Shown here in pieces: positions 49,376 to 62,412 of a DNA stretch of 64,000 bases; the stretch's first letter is position 1; every line of letters begins with the position of its first letter. The position numbers and the translations under genes were made by a program. Source of the DNA: Nemertoderma westbladi (Eukaryota; Animalia; Xenacoelomorpha); contig JAUCBJ010002291.1 in the NCBI GenBank assembly GCA_032718475.1, forward strand, positions 1-64,000, given 5' to 3'. The notes below the pieces were generated by a model, which worked only from the letters and a program-made list of their open reading frames with translations, was not told where the DNA came from and ran no database searches.

Positions 49376-50011
49376 TGAGGAATGCGCATTGGATACAACC
49401 CCACCGAAAATTTATTCGTAGGGCAGCCAATTAATAACCTTAGATTTCGGGATTTGATTTCTGGTAAAATGTATTGGAGATTGATGAGTCTTACACGGTC
49501 ACAAACGACTCTTCTCTGACCACACTACTCAACTCATTTATTGAACCGGTATTTAACTGTAATTTAAATTTCATCTACACAAAATTCAATGATTGAATAA
49601 TCGTTAAATTATATTTGAACTTATTTGTGTCCTATATGTGGAAAATAAGTGTATTAAAATAAATTATATTTTAGAAAAGACAATGCAAGATATATTAACG
49701 GCAACAAAACGATGACAAAAAGTCTACCACAAAAAATTTATTATTCAAATCAGCCAATAGGAATTCGCCGTGAAAATTATTAATGGCAGAAGTTTTTGTT
49801 ATGAAATTGGCCGTTGTGATCCACCATATGGGTTAATTGGTTTAGCCATAGCCATATTGGAGTTGCATTCACGGATGCTCTGATTTAGGTGGAGTGTAAT
49901 AATTAGAGGACAGTGCTACATCATTTAGTGCTACATCATTTCGTGCTACATCATTTAATGCTACATATTTAGTGGTACAGCATTTGAAATAAACCATATT
50001 AAGCAGCCTAC

Positions 50012-50169
50012 CTTTAAAGTCTTCATACTCAAACATTAACATTCCTTGTTTCGGTATGACGCGCAGTGAACTGACTTCGGTAGCTGTGGCCGGTAGTTGG
50101 GGACTGTTGAAGCTTCCGAACTTTAAGATGAACGTTGTTCCGATAAATTCACCCGTGTACAAAATCCAA
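50012..50169 (-). CDS. Exon 2 of secreted beta/gamma-crystallin-domain host gene
   Basis: Acceptor atatttag, donor aaag|gtaggc; 158 nt, phase 2 in and phase 1 out; (T)WILYTGEFIGTTFILKFGSFNSPQLPATATEVSSLRVIPKQGMLMFEYEDFK. Confidence 0.85.
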
Positions 50170-50384
50170 CTAAATATATATAAATTTAAATATATAATAG
50201 TAATATAAATTTAAGTTTTGAAAAAACATATGAATACTCAGGGTAAGATAATATAATTCTAAATAGACTTTAATTTAAATAAACTACATATTAAATAATT
50301 TATACTTGAGTCAAATATATTGTTGAGAAATGGAAATAACTTGGAAATTTCAGAGAAGCATTTAATTACAAATTATCTGATTAC

Positions 50385-51290
50385 TATAAATGGCTGATTT
50401 AGTCCTCTACGTAGGCAAAAAATGAAAAAAACTAGTAACCAGCAATTTTCGGTTTGAACACAAAATTTTTAATTCACAAACAAAATGATATAAATTCAAA
50501 TTTTAGGTTTTCTGGGGCGCTGATTCTAGTTGAATACATTTCTAATTTGCCAGATCATTGCAACTCGTATTTTTCAGCGTAATAGGGCAAATTTTAGTGC
50601 TACCACCAAATTTCGTACCCAACTCCAAAAAGTATAAGTTTGAGATGTCCAATGTTGTTTTTATTGATTCCATCGGATTCAGGACCCTCATAAACCCGTA
50701 TAACGTAAGAAACAATATGATACTATTTATTGATAAATTTACTTATTTTCAAAAATTTGGTGCTGGCACAACAATTTTAACCCACCGACGAAAAATACAA
50801 GTGTAAAATGCAATTTTTACTTATTCCATTGAATTCATAACCCTCACATACCCGTATAACGCGAGAAACAAGGTGACACTATCAATTCTATATATTCGAT
50901 GGTTTTCAAAATTTGGTGCTAGCTCCAAATTTTGCACCCACTTCCGAAAAATACAAGAATGAGATGTCTAGAGATAGATAATTATTTATTCCATTGAATT
51001 CAGAACCGCCATAAACCTCTAAAACGCGAGAAATAAGTTATCACAAGTAAAATAAATATTGAATAGATTTTCAAAATTTCGTGCTGGCACCAAATTTTGC
51101 ACACAGCACCGAAAATACATTGTATTGCGCGTGGTGCAACTATGTATGGGTATGTGTAACTCTGTATATATTCCATCGAAACCAGAACCCAAAAAACCCC
51201 CCTATTGCGCATAAAATAGGTTCAAACAATGAATTTATAAAATTGACATATTTCAAAATTTGGTGCTGGCGCCAAAATTTGGCACCCGCG
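50385..51290. repeat. DNA-transposon-like repeat with ~160-180 bp internal tandem units (intron 1)
   Basis: AATTTGGTGCT...AAATTTT anchors at ~50597, 50760, 50916, 51081, 51263; pieces shared with 17880-18030, 26640-26720 and 58920-59045. Confidence 0.7.
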
Positions 51291-51451
51291 TGTTTACTGT
51301 GTTGTTTACAACCTTGCTTCCTAGTTGCCGTAAAACTAGCAAATGCAAATGCAAATGCGAATAGCCAACCATGAGGATGATAATATAAACAATTTCCCAT
51401 TATTACATTGTCCCTCGTTTGACTAACTACATATGATATTATCAGACTTAC

Positions 51452-51657
51452 GTTCCACACTTGACATTGACTGACGTAACATTGTTGTTCATTCCAAGAT
51501 CACTAAGTTGGGTTGTGTCGGTTTCGCCATAGATGTCAACCTTGTTCCCTGCTAACCCATCCTCTGAGAACAACTCTATGTGGGACTCACAACCCGGCAT
51601 CTCTTGAGCGCCACCATGGGTGGCCAATGACAGAGCAGCAACAATCGCAAGTATCAT
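51452..51657 (-). CDS. Exon 1 (signal peptide + first crystallin motif) of host gene
   Basis: MILAIVAALSLATHGGAQ signal-like start; IELFSEDGLAGNKV...LSDLGMNNNVTSVNVKCG; donor gaac|gtaagt, phase 2. Confidence 0.87.
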
Positions 51658-51723
51658 TGCAATCTGCTACTGTAAGACTTTAATCAAACGAATTGTTGTG
51701 TAAATTGGTATACGCCCTGGTTA

Positions 51724-51735
51724 AGTTTATATAGC
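51724..51735 (-). promoter_or_regulatory. TATA box of host gene
   Basis: CTATATAAAC on the minus strand ~70 nt upstream of the ATG at 51657. Confidence 0.6.
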
Positions 51736-51966
51736 AATTATGGCGATCTTGAGAATTAGGTTGTCCTCTCTCTGCCTTAAGGTAACACCTACGAGAGAGC
51801 AGACTTCGGTTTGCCACCGGTTTTTTGATGATTCGTTAAAAACAGGTATTATCGTTGGATAATAAATTTATTCTATACAAGCCTAGCCTTTATATGTCAT
51901 TGCTTTACAATCCTCCTCGTGAGCTTAACCCTATTTTACCTGCTGTGGGGGTCAATTTAGAAATTA

Positions 51967-52646
51967 TCTGATCGTATGAGCATAAGCTCAAAGGATGGAA
52001 TGCTTGAGCATGTGGGTGGACGACTTCTGTTACCTGGGATCATGGATCCGGAAGTCAGGTGAGGACCTTTGAATACGTAAGGGAAAGGCATGGGCAGCCT
52101 TGAATAGGCTTTCCAGGATTTGGAAGTCACCGAGAATTAATCGGAAACTTAAGGTCCGATTATTTAGAGCAGCAGTAGTTACAGTACTCCTCTATGGGAG
52201 TCCATGCTGGGCTCTAACTGCTGAGGACACCAAATCTCTGGATGGCACATTCACAAGAATGCTACGCCGGGTTCATTGTATCAAGTACAATGCACACATC
52301 TCCAACCAGACACTATATAACATTGGAGGTGTCTCATTGGTTCCCCCAAGCTTGACACTAGAACAAAATCGCCTCCGCTTTGCAGGACATTGCTTTCGCC
52401 GTTAGGACCAGCCAGTGCATAATCTTGTACTTTGGCAGCCTCATGGAGTGAATAAGCATGGTGGACAGCCCATGACTTTCTTGAGACGCATCTTAAAGGA
52501 CACTGGCCTTAAAGATGCGGATGATCTAGCAAATGTCATGGGTGATAGGGAGTTGTGGCGGTGCAATTTTGTTGACAAGCCGGCACAGCATTCTTAAAAA
52601 TGCAGTTGCAAGCAGCATGCCGATCCTAGTAGTAGTAGTAGTAGTA
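51967..52646 (+). mobile_element. 5'-truncated RTE LINE, sister of 4165-5224
   Basis: Near-identical to 4555-5224; (TAG)n tail at ~52626-52646. Confidence 0.9.
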
Positions 52647-53120
52647 AGAAATATAAATTAAATGTGTGCGAACTGTTCACGTTATTTTTATGCAATATAT
52701 AATGTTATGAGCCTGAAGATAAATACTCTCTGAGTTCATTAACTTTTTCCTCATCGATTACAGTAATTATTCTCAACCCTTCCTTGAGTTATCTTCCTTC
52801 AAGCTACATTGCAGTTAATCAGTTCGTCAATAAACTACATTCTGCATCAGATACATCAGATGTTCCATTCCCATCATTAAAAGTACTGTAAGATTTATAT
52901 GTTGTATTTAAAATACTCATGGAAAGGAAGCCAATTTACTGTGTCACCGCTAAATTGTATTATTTCACCCCCCAGTTACAACATGTCTTGCCGCAGTAAT
53001 GGAACTTTGCTTAGTCAGGCTTTCTTGAACTGAGGAGGTTAAGAAAAAATGTCGCAGAAAGTTCTCTCCTTTAGCATAAGATTGTTTTTTTCACCTAAAG
53101 TAAATACCTTAAGTTTTTCA

Positions 53121-53765
53121 TTGTGGGGCGAGCCACGAAGTGAGTGAGCCTTAGCGTAGTGGTACCATTAATCAACCTGTCGTTCTGTCGTTCTGTCGTG
53201 TTCAATTTTAAACGTTAATAACTCGGCCAATCTTTGATGAAATCTATCCAAACTTGGTACACATGTTGTTTGGCAAAAGTTTAGAAATTTTCCAAGTTGA
53301 ATTTCCGTGTGGCCTTCGAGAAGCTAAGATAATAGCAGTTAATTAGTTAATTAAGTTGATTACGGTGAAAACACCATTTTCAACCTGCCGTTTAAAGGAA
53401 ATTAATTGTTTTACAGTATAAGATTTAAATAATTATACTTAAAAATTATACAGATGTAATCCACATACGCCATTCTATTATAGTTTTTAATTAGTTCAAG
53501 TGATTTGCTTTAATAAATGTGTCTTTAATTGATCTAAACGTAATTAAACGGCACAATTATTGACTACAAATTTAATCCTTCCCATTATTGGTCAAGTCTC
53601 TGCTGGTGTGGAGCTAGCTTGCTGGGAGTTGTGGCTGTAGACTAACCAGAGAGGAATTGTAATAGGCAACCAGTATTGCTATTCCAGCCCAGACAGCATT
53701 CTTTAAATCCAACATCCCAACATCCTACCTGTATTCCAATTCCTATTGACTCTACTATAAGTGTT
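53121..53765 (+). mobile_element. HINE/DINE-1 (Helentron)-like interspersed repeat
   Basis: GC-rich head, GGTA, (CTGTCGTT)n microsatellite, AAACTTGGTACAC block; inverted copies at 56935-57822. Family call is inference. Confidence 0.5.
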
Positions 53766-54479
53766 GTATTATTATCACTATCACTGAATTGTGTTTATTA
53801 TAGGCTGGACGGGCCGCATAACCGTTCGACTACTACTACTATTGCCATCTCAGGTAAATGACAGATATAATAACATAAATACAATCCATGGCATGGCTGT
53901 TGTAGGCTTCTGAAATAGTTTATTCCACAATGTATATGTCTGGTTATTTTTTAATTGAATTTTTGCAAAGTAGTAAAATTAATGTTCTTAAAAATAATAT
54001 TATTATTTTATATGTAACCTAGGAAATTAGCTACATTTTTTCGCTGCAGCTTTAAGAGTGTACATTGATTTATTAATATTATTTCAATACCCATATTACT
54101 GCATCGGCATAAGATGCGTTGGCGTTGTATCACACATCTCCACATATCACACATCTCCACATAGATGTATCAACAGTTACTCGCACAGTTTCGAAACTTC
54201 GCATAGTTATAACTGTATAAAGATCGTCAGTCTGCGTTTAGGAAAAATATTTTATGACAAAACAGGACAAGCGACGAGCGCAACGAGGCATATAATGAAG
54301 ACGAGTACTGCGTTGACTAAATTATTATATAAACCACCTGCCTTCAATTATTGATCGCATCCCTAGTTATTATTATTATAAAGATCGTCCTAGCCTGCGT
54401 TTAAGAAATATATTTAAATACAAAACAGGACGAACGCAACGAGGCTTATAATGAAAACGAGTACTGCGTTTATTATATT

Positions 54480-54765
54480 CCTATAAACCACCTGGCTTTG
54501 CATATTGAATGTGCGATTGGAAATAAGTTCGTGCTACCCTTCCGTGGGTGGTAGATGTCGCGGTTATGTATTGGTGGTTGGGAAGGGTGGGGGGGGGGGG
54601 GGGGGGGATTAAAAGGAGTGAACACGTACTGTCCCCCTTTCTTTGATTGATTGGTGGTGTGGGTAAATTTCTCAAAACCTGATTTTGTGATACAGTCGCT
54701 CAATTTTAATTTGTATCTCATAACTGGGCCTCGTGCTGCGCGAAGGCCCCACGAACGTGTCCTAT
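54480..54765 (-). repeat. Interspersed repeat, inverted partner of 56000-56290
   Basis: Reverse complement aligns over ~290 bp (both translate RTRSWG..A...IRY.LKLSDCITKS.FEKF). Confidence 0.8.
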
Positions 54766-55999
54766 TTATTGTACATCTATGTTCCATACACTCTCCTGTG
54801 TCTCGGGACCCTTCCACCCTTCCACCGGTCCTAGAGAGCAGTAACCCACTAGCAGCGATGCTATTAGGCTTCCGTATATTACCCCATTTATAATATATTA
54901 GGAGCATGAAATATCCTGTCTTATAATTACAAATTTTCGTTAAAATATCCTATTTTTGTCCACGAAAGTGCCGAAAATATAGTCCCTCATTCGAAATTTT
55001 TTCCTGAGAAAAACAAGTACTTTATCCCTAGGGAAAAAGTGCCAGAATTCTATTTATTTTCTAACGATTTTTCGTTTTATATTTTTTTAAAGAATTAAGC
55101 AACAAAAAGTACCAATATAATAATATAATAACGTTTTACATGGGAAAAAAGTCTAACATTTTTTTCCAATATTATCTATATAACCTCGCTGGCGCGCGTA
55201 GAGGAATGGCTTAGCGTCATAAAAATATGAAAATGTGACAAAAGCGCCAAATCTGTTTTGTACAACGATTATTCCATTTGATTTGAGGGTACTAATATTA
55301 TATTATACACTAGCTGGAATACCAGCTCGCTGACTGTAACAACATAATAATTATTGTATCTTAGCGGTTTATAAAAGAGTTTGTAGCTGAGTTTCACTGT
55401 TTCATTTTGATGTACTGGAACATAGTGGAGAATTATTGGCTTTGAAATCGACTTTATATTTATTTATTACATAGATTAAGTAGGTTAAACAGTAAACCAG
55501 TACTTGGTGGTCAACTATACAAAGAAATGTATCGATTGTATTTGTGTTCTTATTTCGGTTATTAAGTTATTATTTTTATTTATTTATTTATTTATTTCGG
55601 TTATTATTTAAGGAGGTAAAATTAAGTCACTTTGTATAAAAATAACATAGGTCGATTCACCGTGTCCCGTTCTGGTCGATTCACCGTGTCCCGTTCTCAC
55701 AAAGGTTTTCGTATTTTATTCGAGATGTTAGATTCGATTCTATTAGAAGTTAAATAGTGTATAATATGAAATATTCGCCCATGCAGGGTCATACCTACAC
55801 CATGTTAGTGAGTGGGGAAGGATTTTTCTCCATATTGTAGACGTTGATGCAATTATAATTATTCAACTACTACAGCTAGCTGAGGTAGCAAGTAAATTCA
55901 ATGGCTGGGGTGGGGTGTCTGTTGCGACTGGTCATTGGATTGATCACTATGGCAAACGTTGGAGACTTATACCCCACAAAAAAAAATATATATATACAC

Positions 56000-56290
56000 T
56001 CAGGACACGTTCGTGGGGCCATCGCGCTCGCGCAGGACAAGGCTCAGTTATCAGATACAGATTAAAATTGAGCGACTGTATCACAAAATCAGTATTTGAG
56101 AAATTTAACCATACCGACAATCAATCAAAGAAAGGGGGATAGTACGTGTTCCGCCCTTTTAATCTGCACCCCCCCCCCCCCTTCCTACCAACCAATACAT
56201 AACCGCGACATCTACCACCCAAGGGGCGGAAGGGTAGCATAAACTTATTTCCAATCACACGTTCAATATGCGAAGCCATGTGGTTTATAG
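56000..56290 (+). repeat. Interspersed repeat, inverted partner of 54480-54765
   Basis: Same alignment as above. Confidence 0.8.
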
Positions 56291-56934
56291 GAAATATCGA
56301 GAATTCGAGAAAATCGAGAATACGAGAAACTCGATCGAAATACCTGCTCATCCCAGTATCCGTCCATAGTCACCGGACAGCTGCGGTTTATTCCCGTAGA
56401 ACAGTAGAATTACCGCAGCTTCCGACCCAATTCGACAACGAATTCGCCTCGCACTTTCACGTGGCAGAGAACGTAATCTGGTACGATACACGTCTGCCCG
56501 ACTTTCAACAATTTCCCCCAGGCGATCACAGGATCCGGCTGTCCGGGCCGCCGCTAAACCCAAATCGCAATCCTCGTCGATTCGTCCAGTCGTCGACGTA
56601 AGTTGGACTCTTCCCACCGCACTCTTACTGACAAGCAAGCAATTCCGTAGTATTTATTCCTCAGTTAATCGCATCTTGATGCCACTCGGCTGCTCGGGTC
56701 CAGATACATCGGACTGTCGGAAGCTGTTTAGATGAAGAAGTTGTTTAGATGGCCTTGCCGTTGCCAACGACCAACGACCTGAAGACGGCACCGGTAACTC
56801 TGTACCACTGTAACTGTTAACAGTACCGGTAACCTACTGTAATCCTGTAGTCTCCTAGCATCCAGCTGATGCCAAGCCTAATAATTTTTGGGTAGATTAA
56901 TTTAATATAACCGTAAGACAGTTACACAGATGCT

Positions 56935-57822
56935 GCACGAAGAACCCACGCAAATTCAACTTGGAAAATTTCTAAACTTTTGACTTGCTAAACTTTCATT
57001 AACATTTGGCTGAGTTATTAACGTTTAAAATTGGACACAACAGAACGACAGAACAACAGATCGACAGAACGACAGAACAACAGATCAATAGATCAACAGA
57101 ACAACAGACACACCGATTGAGTTAGTGGTACCTGTATGCTGAGCTCGCTTACTTTCGTCGCTTACCCCACAACATTTATAGTATAGAGTCAATAGGAATT
57201 GAAATACAGGCAGTGTATGGTTGGAGTTATGTCTGGGTTGCTATAGCAATACTACTGGCTGCCTATTACAGTACAATTAGCCTCTGGTAAGGTTACATCA
57301 ACATCTCCCAGACAGCTAGCAGCTCTACACCCCGGCAGAGACTATGTTGACCAATAATGGGCAGGATTAAATTTGTACTCAATAATTGTGAAGTTTTAGT
57401 TACGTTTAGATTAATTAAAGACACATTTATTAAAGCAAATTACTCGAACTAATTAAAAACTATAATAGAATGGGATATGTGGATTACATCTGTATAGTTT
57501 TTAAGTGTAATTATTTAAATCTTATACTGTCAAATAATTAATTTCCTTTAACAGGCAGGTTAAAAATGCAGTTTTTACCCTAATCAACTTAATTAACTAA
57601 TTAAATGATATTATCTTAGCTTCTCGACGGCCACACGCAAATTCAACTTGGAAAATTTCTAAACTTTGGCCAGACTACATGTGTACCAAGATTGGTTTTT
57701 AAAATTGGACACAACAGATCGACAGAACGAGAGAACAACAGAACAACAGAACAACAGACACACTGATTGAGTTAGTGGTATCTGTATGCTAAGCTCGCTT
57801 ACTTTCGTCGCTCGCCCCACAC
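56935..57822 (-). mobile_element. HINE-like repeat, head-to-tail ~1.4 units
   Basis: Reverse complement of 53121-53765; unit end joins the next unit start at ~57172. Confidence 0.55.
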
Positions 57823-58655
57823 TAGGATAAAAATAAGGCCCAATAAAAAAGGACCCTAAGTCAGTATGGGGCTACTAATTTCATTTTAGCGCACTGGTCA
57901 TGATATTAATTATGCTTTCTCCATGGCTGCATGTAGGGATAGGTTTATTGGCTTTGACATTGGAGATAACAGCCAATCAGACAGATTTCTACATTTGCTA
58001 AATGTTGTGGAAATGAAAAGTTTTTCGACTAGATTACACCCAGGATTAAGCAATAAACAAAATGCAGTTACATATTATTATTAACTATTCCCGCTTGAAA
58101 CCTTTAGCTGACAAACAAACAGACGTTCAGAATTTTATTATTATTATAGATTTTCACCAACAAAATTACATACGAAAAACTTTTAATAATGTAATAATGT
58201 AAATATAATTGGTAACTTTGGATGTGCACAAGAGAATTACAGCGATATAAATAAATGGATAATATTGAAACATAAACAATATTATAGATATATGAAAATA
58301 TCTTACATAGTAATATTTTGTTTTAAAAGAATTGGAGTAAGAAGGGTCCTCGAAAACTGATGGATTGTTTACTCGAAATTATTCTTACAAAAGGATACTA
58401 TAATCTTACTAATAGGGCGATGAAGCTACAGATTGAGTATCATAGTTGTGGATTGAATAATGTAAATTAAATAGGTTTATAGAGACGGAGGTAAATCTTG
58501 CTTATAGTCAAGTAGACAATGGCGACCACTGTTTAAATTGGGTATGACTGCAGTTTTTTTTGCTAAAGGAGTTAAATTGTAAAGATATTATTTGAATTTA
58601 TGTTAAGTTTCACATAGTCCGCATAGGGCATTTTTTTTCTAGAACACTATTTATC

Positions 58656-59050
58656 TTAACCCTATTAGTACCGTGCTATAAAATGTCATATTGACGCCCA
58701 TCCCCCCCCCCCCCCCCCCCCTTCTAAAATTTACAAATTTTAACGAAACGTCAGATTTTTTGTTTGTACGTAGATTTCACTATTCTGAATCCGACAGTAA
58801 AGAAACATTTCGAAAACATGTGCAGTGGTGGTTATATTGCAGCACCAAAATTACAAGTGGTGAACAATTTTCATAAAATTTGAAAGTTCAAATTTTCAGC
58901 TAATTGTTTTTCAATACAGGTTTTCTGGGGCGCAAAATCCATTGGAAAAATTTAAATTGATCTGATTAGTATAAATGGCTGTTTTAGTAAACTACGTTGG
59001 CAAAAAATTTAAAAGAAACAAGTAACCAGCACTTTTCAGGTTGAAAGATC
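58656..59050 (+). mobile_element. piggyBac-like non-autonomous end (TTAA-CCC)
   Basis: TTAACCCTATT terminus also at 51925 (+) and 18185 (-); internal pieces shared with 50385-50520. Confidence 0.4.
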
Positions 59051-59059
59051 CCTTTCTCT

Positions 59060-61000
59060 ACTCGAGAGAATAAGGGTGCAGAGCCGGGGTTGGAAGAGAC
59101 GTCGAACTTCCTTAACTATGAGGCGGAGTTGATAACGGATCCAGTTTATAGTGAGGACAGTCTAGGCAAAGTACCGAAAACGGAATACAGCCGACGTAAA
59201 CCAGAACATAGTGCGGCAGTCGCTACCACATGCGGCGGCCACACATGGGTCTACAAATCCACAGAGCCCTGGGAATAGAGCCACATCGTGGCAGGGAAAG
59301 AGACAAAACAACAACAGCGGTAGATACAAACCTAACACCCAGAATAGGCCGAGTCCAAACAACCAAAACACTAAACCACTCGACATGATTCTGAACGCGA
59401 TACGCGATGCGCTATATGAGGAACGCTACAACCCCGATTACAAATGTCAATTGCATAGAAGCGGGACACACAAGACCATAAACTATAAGCAAGACCGAAT
59501 AGCTTATACTGGAAAATTTGGACTATGTCACTGATGCGCGGTAGGAGGACACAGGAAGGATGAATGTCAAGAACCTCTGATTAAGTATGCCGAGACTGAT
59601 GGAACTGGAGGCCAGACGATGGCGATGAGCACCATGGGAATACGGATGAAGAGAACAGTACTACTCGGAGTAGTACCAGTGAGGATGATTGGAGAAAGCG
59701 GACGATCGGTTATAACATTAATGTTAGTCGATGTCGGAGCAGCGTTCACGCTAATGGAGAGTTGGGTGGCCGAGAAAATAGGGTTGAAGACCAGGCCAAG
59801 TAAAATGGCAGTGACCACAATATTAAGCAAGGACGATGTCATGAAGATGAGGATGGGATGGTGTGAAATCGGAGCAATAACACAAAAATGGGGCTACCAT
59901 CGAACCCATCCAAATAATCAACTCCAATTATCAACGCCAGGCAACCTACAAAGATCGAGATCGAACAATTCCAGTACCCCTGGACGGCATCGACTTCTCT
60001 GCACCCGAACTAGATGTCCCGAAAGTGTCTCTCATAGTCGGCATCGATTGTCCGACAGCCCACGAGAGGCTACAAACTATTTTCGGCTATGACAGAGAGC
60101 GAGACCCAGTGGCCATTCTCATGCCATTTGGGTGGACGCTCAGAGGCCCAATAAAGATGAGGATCCCGTTTAGTGTATCCAAATCCTCTGGATGCATGCT
60201 GTCTGGTACCGTTGAGGACATAGAGCCGAAGCCAAAGACGGGCGATGGGGAGGTCCCATATGGGAAGCGGCCCGAGCAGAAGTCAAGGACAGGCGATGGG
60301 GAGGACCCATATGAGAAGCGGCCCGGGGATGGATATCAGGAGTCGGGGGCGGGTATGGATCTGGAACCACGCGTAGTGGAAAGGGTGGAGGATGAGTCCA
60401 GAGAAATGCCGCCGATAGAGGAGTCAGGAGGAGGAGCAACAGCAAGAGAGTGGGCAGAGGAGAATGGGTTCAATACACAGGACCTAGAGGCAATGGGATG
60501 GAACAGGGACGTTCCTGGCGAGTATCGGTACGGGGATGGGGAAGAGTTGATGGCGAGATATCTGGAGAGATGCCTGGAAGAGACATCAATCCAACTGAGA
60601 GGTATACTGATACCAGGTGGATTGAACAAGAAGATACGGTGTAAAGGAAGAAACAAAAGAGGATTGATCCAACGGGAGAGGAGTCGATGATGAAGGGTGA
60701 TGGGAGCGGTATAGTTAGAGGAGACGTGTTGAACACGCAGCTGGCAGAGTGCGAGGGGGCTTTAAATGTTAAACCATTTTGTGTACCGAATGATGACCAA
60801 GGGTCATCGTGGGCTTTAACGCAAGCGCACATATTGAGGGGGAGGCCAGCAGAGGTGGAATGTACCAATGACGATGAAATGAAGGGTGGCATTCTGCCTC
60901 CAAAAGACGATTATGAATTCTGTGAGATAACCGGAAGGATGGACAGGAGACAGGAGAAGAGGGAGGGGGGGGAGGCAGTGACGGGCCAGATGTGGATATG
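59060..61000 (+). mobile_element. Fragment D: diverged second copy of BEL family A (gag end, protease, collapsed pol)
   Basis: Colinear with 26290-24250 (minus): FLNYEAELITDPVYS, LMLVDVGAAFTL, PFGWTLRGP, GDGEVPYGK repeats, LAECEGALNVKPF...LTQAHILRG. Confidence 0.9.
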
Positions 61001-62412
61001 AAACCTACCAATGAAAAAACAACCAAGGGTAGCATTCGACTACAAAAGAGGAATTTTATGAAGTTATCCAAGAAAGGAGGCGTTAAAGTTGATCACTGAA
61101 ATTCCTCAAATCCAGCTAGTATCATTACGTGATCTATTGTTTGATGATGTCAAGCAGCTAATGACTCCGGTACAAGTTGTTACATTGAAGTTAAAACCGC
61201 GATTGGCACATGCAGAGTTAGCGACAGATGTATTTGAGTTAACAAAATAAAACTAGAAAACCGCCTGGAAGTTGAGATAAACTGCATTAGTGAACCGCTA
61301 TCTGCTGATTCATTAAGGAAAGAGTTTATTTGAACAATATCTTCGATTCAAGCCAAACTATGTAAAATTGTACAGGAAATAATTAAACTCAAAAACGAAA
61401 ATGTACACATTCATCAGGAAGTACAACACGAACGCCACAAATGATTAATTTTTGAAAACCAAGTATCCCTGCTTCAATCTAGCAAAGAAAAAGATGAAAT
61501 AACTGATGAACTCCCAGAAAAATATATCATTCTAAACAAATGGGACCCGCCTGAATTTGAGAGACCAAACTAAAAGAAAATGTGCAATTCAACACCGCAA
61601 AGGACAGTATACCTAAATTATTCCATAAAATTAAGTTAAGAACAGATACAATGTACTGCAGGATGACGAAAGGGAAGCTGTCCTTTCAAGTCGGGGAAGA
61701 AACTGTGTGATAATTCTGTCAATAGTGGCGCAGAACAGCATGATATAAAATCATTCTCCAAGGAACAAAAGCGAGCTAATAAACTGGTTGTGGGTATATC
61801 ACTGATTCAGTACCACATAGACGACGTCATCCGACTCAGTTTGAGGCTACCAAGAAATACAAACACTCAGACAGGACTTGGAGAAAAGCAATTTTTCAGT
61901 CTATGTTTGTAAATGGAATAAACATTGAAGAATGTGAATCAGACATAGAAAATTACCTCGAAAGTAAAGGAATACATCAACACCGAATAACCACTAGAAT
62001 ACATGGAAAAATAAAGAATATGAAGTTTACAGTTGATGAGGGATATCGGATATGTCACCCAAATTCTTCATCCAGGCTTCTGGCCTGTTGGTATTCAGTG
62101 CACCTTATGGGAAGATAGAGAAACAACATATGATGGTGTGATTACACGGAAACTATCAATAAAATTGAAAGGTTGTCCAGGCATCGTGTTTGACAGTAGC
62201 AGTTCGGAACCCAGCCAAGGAATGAAGCCAGGTAACACCCACAATCAAGATATGAATGTTAAAAGTGTTAAACACGATAGCGAAATACTGAATTGTAGAA
62301 TTATATCCTTCAACTGTCAAGGTATATTGAGAAATTTATGTTATGTTGAACAACTCTTGGAAAATTGCGAAGTGCTAGCTGTTCAAGAACATTGGCTGGA
62401 CCCGATTGAAGC
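61000..62412 (+). mobile_element. Decayed LINE 5' part (ORF1 + start of APE endonuclease)
   Basis: Coiled-coil remnants, FVNGI...DIENYL..KGI, ILHPGFWPVGIQC, then IISFNCQG...LAVQEHWL; cut by the next LINE. Confidence 0.7.

Noticed and set aside
56290-56800. GC-rich island with short ORFs
   Set aside because: No recognisable domain; possibly a decayed transposase start but unsupported.
60960-60990. Purine run + GTGACGGG resembling an element A LTR end
   Set aside because: Wrong orientation for plus-strand copy D and the match is only 8 nt.
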